Below, piece after piece: positions 1 through 9,620 of a stretch of DNA of 64,000 bases. Source of the DNA: Clostridia bacterium (GTDB taxonomy: Bacteria; Bacillota; Clostridia; TANB77; CAG-465); contig JAVWPP010000001.1 in assembly GCA_036635835.1 (NCBI GenBank), positions 1,946-65,945 of the forward strand, given 5' to 3'. Under the pieces are notes generated by a model. That model was given only the letters and a program-made list of their open reading frames with translations, ran no database searches and was not told where the DNA came from. Each line of letters begins with the position of its first letter. The first letter of the stretch is position 1. The position numbers and the translations under genes were made by a program.

Positions 1-663
1 TTTTTCTTCTGGTGACACTGTAAACGTAATATCTGTTGCACCTTCATATATTGCATTATTAATAACATCTGGAAATGCAATTAGTTTAGGTGTCTTTGGA
101 ATGTTAATTGTATCTATCTTTGTCTTATCTGCATCTTTCCATTCGTTAGCTTTAACAATTCCACCGTAATTAATTTTTATTTTTACGTAATCTCTTCTTC
201 CACCTATTGCTTGAAAGAATATAGTTGCTTGCGTAATATTTGTATTTCGTATTTTTGTGAAAAAGTAATCTCCTTCATTAAATAAATATGCAGCAGACTT
301 TATAGACGATTCTTTGTTATTTATATATGGGCATTCTATTTGTTTCATTATTTGCCTTGTATAATCTATGTCGTAATTTAAAACAACTTCGTCATCATTT
401 AATCTATTAAACATTTTTTTATGTGCTTCCATATCTACTTTATATGTGTTTCCTGTCGATTCAAGTTCATTGAAAAACTGAGTATATCTATCTCTAGATA
501 AATATCCAGACTGCATTACGTCATCGTTAAGCCTTATTACAGAGCTTAGTGCAAACTCATACGCCATATCGTCTTGTCTTTCAAATGAATTAAATAGCGG
601 CATAAATAATAACAGCAATACTGAGAATATTACAACTATTACAAGCGTTAAATTATCTTCCAT
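1..663 (-). CDS. Pilin-like protein, class B paralog of 1718..3280; runs off the left edge; not in the ORF track
   Basis: ATG at 663 with AAAGGAG RBS. Frame open to base 1: MEDNLTLVIVVIFSVLLLLFMPLFNSFERQDD...GYLS...TGNTY...HKK...GDYF...RNTNITQAT...YGGIV, matching motif blocks of 1718..3280. Confidence 0.85.
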   Translation of the reverse strand, partial: MEDNLTLVIVVIFSVLLLLFMPLFNSFERQDDMAYEFALSSVIRLNDDVMQSGYLSRDRYTQFFNELESTGNTYKVDMEAHKKMFNRLNDDEVVLNYDIDYTRQIMKQIECPYINNKESSIKSAAYLFNEGDYFFTKIRNTNITQATIFFQAIGGRRDYVKIKINYGGIVKANEWKDADKTKIDTINIPKTPKLIAFPDVINNAIYEGATDITFTVSPEEK

Positions 664-686
664 ACTCTACTCCTTTGATTAATTTA

Positions 687-1226
687 TTATTTGTTTTTAT
701 TCATACCTTTTAACATAAACTCCGCTCTATCGAAATTATCTCCTACAGGTACAAAATATACTTGGGTTACATCACTACTTGAAGTTACAACCTTAATATA
801 ATATTTATCTATATTAGCCTTTATATTATTTAAATCATCATCTGTATTTGGATTCATTAAATGACTATCTGAAATAACAACCTTAGAGTCTACGTAATTT
901 GGTAATTTATTGCCTGTACTCATATTATAGTTTAGCTCTACATCTGAAGGTATTCTAGAACCTGCAGATAAATAAAATTCAAAAGCTGAGTTTCCTGGAA
1001 CAACGTAATTTGCATAGTAACTCATTACATCTACGCCTTTTATGACATATGCAGGGGGAATATCTACTCTTTCTAAAATTGTTTTATCCGCATTTCCTAA
1101 TTTTTCTAAAGACAAACTAGAAACCTTACTTATTGTACTAAGCAATATTATAGCGGAAGATATGGCAGCAACGAATATAAATACCGATGTTCCAATAAAT
1201 AACGCATTGCTTGTGTTTTCCTCCAT
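687..1226 (-). CDS. Pilin-like protein, class A (N-terminal hydrophobic helix, no leader)
   Basis: MEENTSNALFIGTSVFIFVAAIS; internal VIKGVDV..Y motif shared with its neighbours; GGAGG RBS. Confidence 0.75.
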   Translation of the reverse strand: MEENTSNALFIGTSVFIFVAAISSAIILLSTISKVSSLSLEKLGNADKTILERVDIPPAYVIKGVDVMSYYANYVVPGNSAFEFYLSAGSRIPSDVELNYNMSTGNKLPNYVDSKVVISDSHLMNPNTDDDLNNIKANIDKYYIKVVTSSSDVTQVYFVPVGDNFDRAEFMLKGMNKNK

Positions 1227-1229
1227 ACC

Positions 1230-1709
1230 TTACACCTCCTTAAATGTTATTTTAACTTTAGTATCTATCTTACCTTTATATGGGATCGCTCCGTCTGGTT
1301 TGTCTGGGTTAGATAAAGTAACTAAAAAGTTCTTATTGAAATTACTAAATCCTTGAGGACCAGTTCCTTCTAAATCTTTTCTTAAATCTGCAACTTTTCT
1401 TTCATAAGCATCATCTGTGTCATCTTTGCTAAACTGAGTAGTTGCGCCACGTTTAAGCCTTACTTCAATTATAACAAACTTGTGTCTCCAGTATTTTTTT
1501 GCAGCATTTAGTGCATCTATACCACGCAGATTTGTATTATTATATTTTTCTAATTCAGCAAAACTGTCTATAATTCCAAATTTATTTTCTTCTAATATTT
1601 GATATGATTTAGTATACGCATTAATACTTATTAATGCACCTGTTACAATAGCTATTGAAATAAATAAACCTGTGGCAATAACCACCATTTTGTTTGCATT
1701 TTCATCCAT
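1230..1709 (-). CDS. Pilin-like protein, class A
   Basis: MDENANKMVVIATGLFISIAIV; internal NLRGIDA..Y motif; tightly packed in the operon. Confidence 0.75.
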   Translation of the reverse strand: MDENANKMVVIATGLFISIAIVTGALISINAYTKSYQILEENKFGIIDSFAELEKYNNTNLRGIDALNAAKKYWRHKFVIIEVRLKRGATTQFSKDDTDDAYERKVADLRKDLEGTGPQGFSNFNKNFLVTLSNPDKPDGAIPYKGKIDTKVKITFKEV

Positions 1710-1717
1710 TTAATCAC

Positions 1718-3280
1718 CTAATTTATTCTCTTAATTTTTAACGAACCATTTCCATTATTAGTACCTATTAGTTTACTTGACATAGTAAATACTTTATCAT
1801 CTACGAAGCTACTACCACCATATGAGCATCTTGCGTTGTCTGAGTGAATTACTTTTCCACCAAAATATCCAGCGCCTGCACCTGCTTCATCGTTTGCGTA
1901 GTTATCTGCATGTCTATTTATACAAGCTGATTCACCTGCAAAAGTTTTAACTAAATTGTCTGTTGTATTTCCTCCAGCTGAAATTTGTACATACTTTTCG
2001 TCCATGCTTAAAGTATTTCCGCCTCCGCCTCCTGCAACTAGTATTACTGATTTTCCAAGTGAGATATTTGTAGCTCCACCGCCACCTGCGCCCGCTACTC
2101 CTGATGAATTTCCTCCACCATTGTATCCACCGGTTAGATTAATTTTATCTTTTGTTTTATCTTGATCTATCTTACTACTATATTTATTTAAGGCGTCTTT
2201 TCCTTTAGATCCTATGTTAAAAGTGTACGTAGTATCTTTCTCTACTTTTAAAATACCTTCTACCGTAGCACCAAAACCGCCCTTTATCTTCTTATCTGTA
2301 GCTCCACCACCTGCTGCTCCCTTAGCTGTTATCTTATATGTGCCAGGTGTTAAGGTTACTTTTTCTTCTTTACCTGTATATGCAAAATCTAGCTGAGTAC
2401 CTATTTCTACGTTATTTGTTTTAACTTCTAAATTTGCACCTGCTGCCTCTGGATCTACCACTACTGGTGGCTCTTCTACGTCTGGTTTATCGTTTTCAAA
2501 AGAACCTGTAAGAATAGTATTAATAATTTCATTTCTAACAACTCCACCATATTTAATATATATTCTTGGAATTCCATATTCTTTTCTTTGAGAAGTTAAG
2601 GTATAGAAAAGCATAGTAGCTATTGTTGTATTCTTATTTCTAATACTTACTTCAAAATTATCTCCTACTGCTAGTTTATATTTTCTTAAATTTGAATCTC
2701 TTGAAATAACATCAGTAGCAGAACCTGTAGCTCCTTTAACAACGTTCATAAACTCAGGAGAAAGTTTTCTCATTATCATATCGTTTGAAAAAATTTCGCT
2801 ACTTACTTTAGTTGTTTTTTTCCAACCATCGTACACAACAAATTTATCTCCAACTTTTTTATTTTCTTTCTTTTTATATACATTAGTTCCATTAACGGAT
2901 CTAATTTTTATTTCATCTACATCGCCTTTAGCTGCAAACTCTTCATAAGATAGTTCATCTGTAACTCTTAGTTCATTTACACCTTCTCCATTTGGAACTG
3001 GGCTATAGAAATACACAACCGGGTCATATCTTTTTTTAGTATGTATAAATTTGATCTCGTAAACGTTACCTGTTACACCAACAAAATCTGTATAGTCATT
3101 ATACATTCTTGGTGATATATATCCTTTACTTCTAACATTATCTACAAATAAATGCGTTGCTTTTGAAACTAAAGCATGCGAAATATCATCTTTTTTTTCA
3201 AATGTAATATACACTGGAAACAAGAAAAATATTATTACAGCTAATAAATATGAAACTATTTTTTGAAAATATCCTTCCAT
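1718..3280 (-). CDS. Pilin-like protein, class B, with C-terminal glycine-rich domain (candidate tip adhesin)
   Basis: N-terminal TM helix; N-domain paralogous to 1..663; Pro/Glu-rich linker; C-terminal GAAGGG/GGYNGGG/AGAGGGGAT/VAGGGGG/YFGG/GGSS blocks. Confidence 0.75.
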   Translation of the reverse strand: MEGYFQKIVSYLLAVIIFFLFPVYITFEKKDDISHALVSKATHLFVDNVRSKGYISPRMYNDYTDFVGVTGNVYEIKFIHTKKRYDPVVYFYSPVPNGEGVNELRVTDELSYEEFAAKGDVDEIKIRSVNGTNVYKKKENKKVGDKFVVYDGWKKTTKVSSEIFSNDMIMRKLSPEFMNVVKGATGSATDVISRDSNLRKYKLAVGDNFEVSIRNKNTTIATMLFYTLTSQRKEYGIPRIYIKYGGVVRNEIINTILTGSFENDKPDVEEPPVVVDPEAAGANLEVKTNNVEIGTQLDFAYTGKEEKVTLTPGTYKITAKGAAGGGATDKKIKGGFGATVEGILKVEKDTTYTFNIGSKGKDALNKYSSKIDQDKTKDKINLTGGYNGGGNSSGVAGAGGGGATNISLGKSVILVAGGGGGNTLSMDEKYVQISAGGNTTDNLVKTFAGESACINRHADNYANDEAGAGAGYFGGKVIHSDNARCSYGGSSFVDDKVFTMSSKLIGTNNGNGSLKIKRIN

Positions 3281-3299
3281 TTAAATCCCCTTTCAGTAA

Positions 3300-3752
3300 T
3301 TATTTATTTACTCTTTTTAAATTTAAAAATATGTCATCTCCATTTATTTTTAAGTCATTTATAACAAATTTATCTGATGAAGATATTAAATTATTAATTC
3401 TCAAATAATCTTGCTGACCTGTGAATTTATCTTTTATTTGATTTATTTTTGCAACTTCTACTTCGCCAGAAGCTTTAACTAAGTTAACAACTAATCTTTC
3501 AGAATTCCCGCTATATTGAAATATTATATTCTTAGCAGCTGTGCCATCTACTTGTCCTTTGTTGTTATCTGCCATGGTTTTTACTTTGTTGTAAAAAAGT
3601 TGCTCATTAGAAGTATAAATATCTTTTCTTCCACCTAGCTCATCTGCTCCACCTTTTGCTGTATTATAATAAATCAAAACTAGTGAAACTGTTAGCATTG
3701 TCATTATTGTTGCTGCTCCAATTGTTAACGCTTTGAAAGCATTATCATCCAT
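3300..3752 (-). CDS. Pilin-like protein, class A
   Basis: GAGGTGG RBS precedes ATG at 3752 (MDDNAFKALTIGAATIM); internal QVDGTAA..Y motif. Confidence 0.75.
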   Translation of the reverse strand: MDDNAFKALTIGAATIMTMLTVSLVLIYYNTAKGGADELGGRKDIYTSNEQLFYNKVKTMADNNKGQVDGTAAKNIIFQYSGNSERLVVNLVKASGEVEVAKINQIKDKFTGQQDYLRINNLISSSDKFVINDLKINGDDIFLNLKRVNK

Positions 3753-3772
3753 ATTTACCACCTCTTATAAAT

Positions 3773-3812
3773 TAAATAGGCACATAACCTATGTAAGTCA
3801 CGCACCTATTTA
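3773..3812 (-). promoter_or_regulatory. RNA stem-loop just upstream of the RBS of 3300..3752
   Basis: Minus strand AAATAGGTGCGTGAC...GTTATGTGCCTATTT pairs through four G-U wobbles that work only on the sense strand. Confidence 0.6.
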
Positions 3813-3984
3813 TAAATTCTTTTAAAATTTTTAAAAAATAGACAAAGACACATAAAGTCTTTTTGAATTTAATGATATAAATAAAGACATTACTTTATAG
3901 AACTCATTTTATGCTATGTCTAATTATATAGTTCTTTATTTTAATATACATAGATAAAAATACACATTACATATATCCTTATCT

Positions 3985-4028
3985 TTGCACATTTGCAAAT
4001 AGGCGATTAACGCCTATTTGATGTGCAA
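3985..4028 (-). terminator. Stem-loop (terminator or mRNA stabiliser) after the putative major pilin
   Basis: CAAATAGGCG-attaa-CGCCTATTTG, extended by TTGCACAT/ATGTGCAA, 17 nt after the stop. Confidence 0.7.
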
Positions 4029-4045
4029 TAAATTACTATTATTTA

Positions 4046-4597
4046 TTAAGCTAATTTTTTAAATATTATACCTACAAGTTCTCCGTTTGAATAACAAAGG
4101 TTAGCTTGGTAAGTAGATTGTGGTTGTACATATAATCCTGATGAAGAATCTGATAACCAGTTAGTTTTTATACGAAGATCAGATGTTAAATTAGGTGCTC
4201 CTGTATAAGATTTAACAGTGTATTCTGCAGCATTACCTTGTTTAGAAGCTCCAGATAAATTTTTATATCCTACTTGTCCTTGCATACCACCTTTAGTAGG
4301 TTTTGTAGCATTGAACTTAACAGTTGTATTTGATTCATCATTATCTAAATAAACAGTTAATTTTGTAGATTTCTCATATTGAGACATTGTAGATTTAACT
4401 TCTGCGCCTGTTACAACTTTGTCGTCAAAAGAGCTAGTTAATTCTTTCTTTAAAGTATCTGCAATTCCGTTTAAATCACTTGAAGATCCTTTAATTAAAT
4501 TGTTACCTACACCCATGATAACTAGTACTGCTGATATTAAAGCTATTGTAATAAATAGTCCAACACCAATCAAGATTGCTTTTGTAGTATTTTCCAT
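4046..4597 (-). CDS. Putative major pilin-like subunit, class A
   Basis: MENTTKAILIGVGLFITIALISAVL; VVTGAEV..Y motif; GGGGGA RBS; has its own upstream intergenic region and a downstream hairpin. Confidence 0.75.
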   Translation of the reverse strand: MENTTKAILIGVGLFITIALISAVLVIMGVGNNLIKGSSSDLNGIADTLKKELTSSFDDKVVTGAEVKSTMSQYEKSTKLTVYLDNDESNTTVKFNATKPTKGGMQGQVGYKNLSGASKQGNAAEYTVKSYTGAPNLTSDLRIKTNWLSDSSSGLYVQPQSTYQANLCYSNGELVGIIFKKLA

Positions 4598-4661
4598 AAT
4601 ACTTTCCCCCTTTAAATTTTTATATAGCTTTCGCTAATATAATGATTATATACACTATCTT

Positions 4662-4710
4662 AATGTATATAAATAAGATTACTTATTTAATAATCTTATT
4701 TATATACATT
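4662..4710. repeat. Perfect 20-bp inverted repeat with 9-nt spacer
   Basis: AATGTATATAAATAAGATTA (4662-4681) / TAATCTTATTTATATACATT (4691-4710). Confidence 0.9.
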
Positions 4711-4828
4711 TTCAATTAACACTTTTGCACTAATTAAAAATGTATATTTAATATAGTTATATATTACATCAAATTATTTGATAAAGTCAATACGTTTTTT
4801 CAAATTTCAATGTATTTATTTTTTTTTC

Positions 4829-6895
4829 CTACATTTGTGTATTCATTTGGCTGAAGTAATTCATCATCTGCGAAATACTTACTAAAATAAGTGGTACAAC
4901 CAAAAATCCTCCTATTAAAAGAACCATTGGAGCAAATCCTAAACCTTTTCCCATTATAACTTTTTTCTCTACCATTCTCATGTTAGCTTCTTTTCTTTTC
5001 TCGTAATTAAAAGTTCTTTCTGTTTCTAGCTCATCAAATGCTTGTACTACTGGAATTCTTTCTACAGCTGAAATCATACCATCTACTATTCTTATAAAAT
5101 CTTTAAATGGAACATCTTCTTTTAGCTGCTCTAAAGCTTCAACAGCACCTGCTTCAAAGTTATTTAAAGCAGTAGTTATTGGTTCTTTAAAAGCATATGA
5201 ATATCTAGCAAGCCATTCTAAAATTGTCTGTACATCAATTCTTTCTATATGCATAAGCATTAAAATTATTGATTGGAATTGCATGATCTCATTTTCTTTT
5301 TCCATTTGACGCATTTTATTTCTTATTGCAAGTGAAATGTTTGGAATAAAGTACCCTATCATACCTAGTAGAATTGCAATAATTAATTCCCACCATTTAA
5401 AATAAGCACTTTGTACTTTTTGTACTTTTGCATATAATCTATCTATAGCTGCTTCATCATAAGTCTTGCCATCTTTAGCTAGCTCAGCTGTGAATTCTTC
5501 TTTAGTAAGGTTTTCTTCCTTTTTATACGTTTTAACTTGTTCTGCATCTTCAACAGCCATTGCATCTGCGGCTGCTTGCTCTTCCGGAGATAATGCTCCA
5601 AATGATTGGAACTCCTCTGAAATAGCAGTATATACAAGAGAAACGTCTACTTTATGTAGTTGGAATATTAACAAAACTGAAAATATTGTTATAATAAAAA
5701 AGTACGTGAATTTATTTACATAGAACCATTCTAATGTTAAATATGAATTTGTATTTTTTATTAATGTTGTTTCCTTTTTATATCTTGTAGTGTTTTTTCT
5801 AGGCATAAATACATCAATTAGATCTTTAACAAATCTATTTTTATATAATCTTTCTTGCCATTTTACATCTGAAACCCTATCAAATTTAATTTTTTCAGTA
5901 TCATCTTTTACAACTTTAAGCATTAAATATGAGCCGAAAATTGTAACAAGTAATAAAGTTTCCATTATAAATCCGGTACTACTATCATAGAAATTAAGTA
6001 GTGCTGGGAAGTTTGCAGATGCCCATGCTTTAACAGGGTTTATAAAGAATATAGGCGCTATAGCTATAAGTGTTAAACTTCTAAACATATAGTCGATTTT
6101 ATCTCTTTTTAATATTTCAAGATATACATCATTTAAAATATTGTTAAGATTTTTTAAGAATACTGATGTACCCTCTACTTGCCTGTCTCCAAGTTCCATT
6201 ACTAGATAACAAATACCAGCAAATAATTTTAAAAATCTATTTGGCGCAGTATCATAATATCTTTCAAGTTCTTGCTCAGGCCTTTCAGATAGTAAGGCTT
6301 CTTTTATTCTCTTAACTTGAGGTACTATTTCTTTATCTCCTAAGTTATCTATTGCTTCATTTAAAGATTCCTCAATCATACCATGATCATGGAAACCATG
6401 TCTAACTTCTAAGAACATATCTGAAATTTGTCTTAGTATTTTATCTTCTACTTTAGTAACCATGTAATCTATAAACTTTTCGCCTATATACATTACAATA
6501 AGTATAATAATCATTCCTCTATATAGATCACTTATTACGGATAATACTACAAATAGGGATGTGAATATTAAAACTAAAGTTATAGTTAATATTTTTGCTG
6601 ATTCATTTCTTATTTGATACTCTGTATAGTCATTAACCATTTCAAGTTTTGTTCTTATTTTTTTCAAATATCTTTTAATAAATATGATTTTAACATATAC
6701 ATTATATGCATATTGATAGAACCTATCAAAAATATCTGAATTCTTAGATTTCTTTTTAATGATTAAATGATCTGCTTCTCTAAGAGTAGCATTATTTCTA
6801 TATTTTCGTTTAACAAGTAATAAAGCAACTATTAGCAATAATGCTCCTACTCCAGATATACCTAGCATTATAAATGCTATTAATTTAACATCCAT
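4829..6895 (-). CDS. TadB/TadC-like (GspF-type) membrane platform protein, apparently two modules fused
   Basis: 688 aa; two repeats of TM pair + soluble helical domain + TM; directly downstream of the assembly ATPase. Confidence 0.7.
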   Translation of the reverse strand: MDVKLIAFIMLGISGVGALLLIVALLLVKRKYRNNATLREADHLIIKKKSKNSDIFDRFYQYAYNVYVKIIFIKRYLKKIRTKLEMVNDYTEYQIRNESAKILTITLVLIFTSLFVVLSVISDLYRGMIIILIVMYIGEKFIDYMVTKVEDKILRQISDMFLEVRHGFHDHGMIEESLNEAIDNLGDKEIVPQVKRIKEALLSERPEQELERYYDTAPNRFLKLFAGICYLVMELGDRQVEGTSVFLKNLNNILNDVYLEILKRDKIDYMFRSLTLIAIAPIFFINPVKAWASANFPALLNFYDSSTGFIMETLLLVTIFGSYLMLKVVKDDTEKIKFDRVSDVKWQERLYKNRFVKDLIDVFMPRKNTTRYKKETTLIKNTNSYLTLEWFYVNKFTYFFIITIFSVLLIFQLHKVDVSLVYTAISEEFQSFGALSPEEQAAADAMAVEDAEQVKTYKKEENLTKEEFTAELAKDGKTYDEAAIDRLYAKVQKVQSAYFKWWELIIAILLGMIGYFIPNISLAIRNKMRQMEKENEIMQFQSIILMLMHIERIDVQTILEWLARYSYAFKEPITTALNNFEAGAVEALEQLKEDVPFKDFIRIVDGMISAVERIPVVQAFDELETERTFNYEKRKEANMRMVEKKVIMGKGLGFAPMVLLIGGFLVVPLILVSISQMMNYFSQMNTQM

Positions 6896-6899
6896 TTAA

Positions 6900-8792
6900 T
6901 CACCCCCATGCTGTATCTAAAAATTCATCAAAAGCTGTTACGTCTTCTGGAGACATATTCTCTCTCATTGCTTTTATATTAGTAGCACTTAAGGCGTTAG
7001 GGAAAACGTATTCTCCATTTTGCCATTCTACTATGTTTTTGCAGTCATAAGTTCTTGTTTGTGTCATATGTTTAAAGTATTCTACTGCATTATCCATGAA
7101 CTTATCCATTTTTCCTTCCATTGATGCTTCTTGTTTATATGCATCACTGTAAGTGAAAACTTTTTCTAAAGGTATACATTCTGTTATTCTTTCGATATAT
7201 CTAGAACCATCTACACCTCTTTTTAAGTGAATATCAAAGTTTATTACGTTTACAACTTGCACTTCCGCAACTCCCTCGTTATTGAACATACCTATTTTTA
7301 ATAGTGAGTTTCTAAGTGAAGTTATTAAGTTAGGGAAAGTCTTAGCATGGTGAGTAAATAGTGTAAATTTAGATGCAACTTGGGCCATTTGAATCATCCA
7401 AGCAGCAACTGGATCGGTTGCAACCTCTCCTAGTATGTTAACACCACCATCTGTTTTCTTTTGTACGTCTAGACCCATTTGTCCAGTTATTGTTTCTGTT
7501 TCTCTAAGAGATAAGATATTGTGGTATGGGTAAATTTTTCTTAAATGTAACTCGAACGCTGTCTCCTGTACACGAATTGTGATAGTAGGATAAATATACG
7601 TCATAATTGCCATAAGAAGAGTTGTTTTACCACAACCTTGCTCACCAGTAACTGCTGTTACTCTAGCACCTCTAATTAAGTATTTTAATAATTCTATTAC
7701 TGGTTCTTTATTTTTATGTGTTAATAATTGTTCTGCTCTTAGCAATTCTGGAGCTGCGAACTTTCTTACGAAGAAAGCCCATGACTCAGCAAAGTTTGGT
7801 CTAAGAACAACAACACGGGAACCATCTTTCATCTCATTGATTTTAAAACCAACAGACTCAGATAATTGTCCTGGATTGTTATATTTGTATATGTTTTGAC
7901 ATACTCTTTTTAATTCTGCTTCACTACCAAAAGATAGGAATGATAGGTAAATAGCTTTACCTCTAAAGAATATCCAAACTGAATCATATGCCATTGGTAT
8001 TGTTTTTTCATTCATTTGTGTTAAGAAATCATCCATACCTGCTACTTGGTTCATGAAAGATTCTGGAATACCAGAAACACCTCCTGAAATACCATCTATA
8101 GCCATATCTCTGATATCATCAATAACACTGTATCCTTTATATAATTGATATACTCTCTGAACAACTATTTCTAGTTTGTCTTGGAAACTTAGTATGTCTT
8201 CTGAAACTTCCATATCATAAATCTGAGATATTTCTTCTCTTGTTATAACATAAGAAGGTACATACTTATCAAATTCATATTTTGGAACATCTAGATTATA
8301 TTTTGTTATCATTTTTGATAATGCATCTGTTTTATATTCTTTTTTAAACAAATGTAATAAAATTTCAAATTTATCTTGATAACTTAATCTTTCTACATCG
8401 TTAAATGATATTGCATAGTTTATGTTGTGTGAATTTACGCCATAATTGTTTTGTAACAAATCATAGATAAAATTCTTAACATATCTCTTATCATTAACAT
8501 CCGCATAACCTGCGCCTTTAAGAGCTCTTTTAAGTTCATACTTTATACTTTTTCTTCTTTCAAATTCATCTTCTGAAAGTGCTAAATCGTATAAATTCAT
8601 TCTTGTTATTTCATCAAATTGTCTTTTTATATATTCTTTTAATTGTGTTACGCTATATTTTTCTTTTTCTGCTTCATATTCATCTTGCACCTCTGAATTT
8701 TTTCTGCCAGAAAACTTAACATAGAAGAACATAAAAACAATTCCTAATATTAATAATATTAAAATTAAATTTAATACTCCTGCAACTGTCAT
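6900..8792 (-). CDS. CpaF/TadA/VirB11-family assembly ATPase with N-terminal TM anchor
   Basis: Walker A GEQGCGKTT, Asp-box-like QETAFEL, Walker B NILGEV, His box THHAKT, DGSR motifs; hydrophobic residues 4-26. Confidence 0.85.
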   Translation of the reverse strand: MTVAGVLNLILILLILGIVFMFFYVKFSGRKNSEVQDEYEAEKEKYSVTQLKEYIKRQFDEITRMNLYDLALSEDEFERRKSIKYELKRALKGAGYADVNDKRYVKNFIYDLLQNNYGVNSHNINYAISFNDVERLSYQDKFEILLHLFKKEYKTDALSKMITKYNLDVPKYEFDKYVPSYVITREEISQIYDMEVSEDILSFQDKLEIVVQRVYQLYKGYSVIDDIRDMAIDGISGGVSGIPESFMNQVAGMDDFLTQMNEKTIPMAYDSVWIFFRGKAIYLSFLSFGSEAELKRVCQNIYKYNNPGQLSESVGFKINEMKDGSRVVVLRPNFAESWAFFVRKFAAPELLRAEQLLTHKNKEPVIELLKYLIRGARVTAVTGEQGCGKTTLLMAIMTYIYPTITIRVQETAFELHLRKIYPYHNILSLRETETITGQMGLDVQKKTDGGVNILGEVATDPVAAWMIQMAQVASKFTLFTHHAKTFPNLITSLRNSLLKIGMFNNEGVAEVQVVNVINFDIHLKRGVDGSRYIERITECIPLEKVFTYSDAYKQEASMEGKMDKFMDNAVEYFKHMTQTRTYDCKNIVEWQNGEYVFPNALSATNIKAMRENMSPEDVTAFDEFLDTAWG

Positions 8793-8807
8793 GTTTCTAC
8801 CTCCTTT

Positions 8808-9620
8808 CTACTCTTTTATATTTAATTGACTTAAAATTTCTTCTTCTATTTTTCTTGTTTCACTTATAAAATATCCAATTGAATCTCTAGGAGACGCTTT
8901 TAAGTTTTTAAATAAGAAATCTACTACATTACCATCGTTAACTGCATCTCTAAACTGTACGCAGTTAGGTATTGTATATATTGGTACTTTCATTTTATAT
9001 TTACTTTTTAGATTGAAAGCAGTGTACTTAGAAGTAGGTACATAATCTCCGATAACAATGATATGTTTTTTCTCTTTTAATATTTGTATTTCATCATATC
9101 TAGAGAAAAATTCATCTATATCTATAATGTTTTGAGACACTGTTACTACTATAATATCTGCTGTTTTTAGTACATTTGTAACTGCATGTGAATCTTGCCC
9201 TTTTGGCGAATCAAAGAAAACTACATCATAAGCATCATCTGCTCTATCTAGCACATATGCCATGTTTTCAAACATTTTTCTATATGCTTCTCTTTCTTTA
9301 ACATTAAGACCATACAGTACATCTAATCTATTTTTTAATATTGGTTTGGCATAGTTTTTTATTCCTTCTGCAGATAGTTTGTTACTATCTATTAATCTTG
9401 TTAATGCTGACATTCCTATATTTGAATTTGTAAAAGCATCCATTGCTTTTAAATCAAAATATGGTGTAAAGGCAGATTCAATAACTTTATTTTGCCAGTG
9501 CCCTTGCAATATTATAGAGGAAAATTTATTGTCTATACCAGTTAAAGCACTTATAGCAATTAAGCTATGAGTTGAGCCTGTTCTAGTTGACTTTGGAGAC
9601 CAAAATATAACTTTAGACAT
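8808..9620 (-). CDS. MinD/ParA-like (TadZ/CpaE-like) protein with degenerate P-loop
   Basis: WSPKSTRTGST pseudo-P-loop, LDVLYG, YDVVFFD, ADIIVVTVSQ. Confidence 0.7.
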   Translation of the reverse strand: MSKVIFWSPKSTRTGSTHSLIAISALTGIDNKFSSIILQGHWQNKVIESAFTPYFDLKAMDAFTNSNIGMSALTRLIDSNKLSAEGIKNYAKPILKNRLDVLYGLNVKEREAYRKMFENMAYVLDRADDAYDVVFFDSPKGQDSHAVTNVLKTADIIVVTVSQNIIDIDEFFSRYDEIQILKEKKHIIVIGDYVPTSKYTAFNLKSKYKMKVPIYTIPNCVQFRDAVNDGNVVDFLFKNLKASPRDSIGYFISETRKIEEEILSQLNIKE

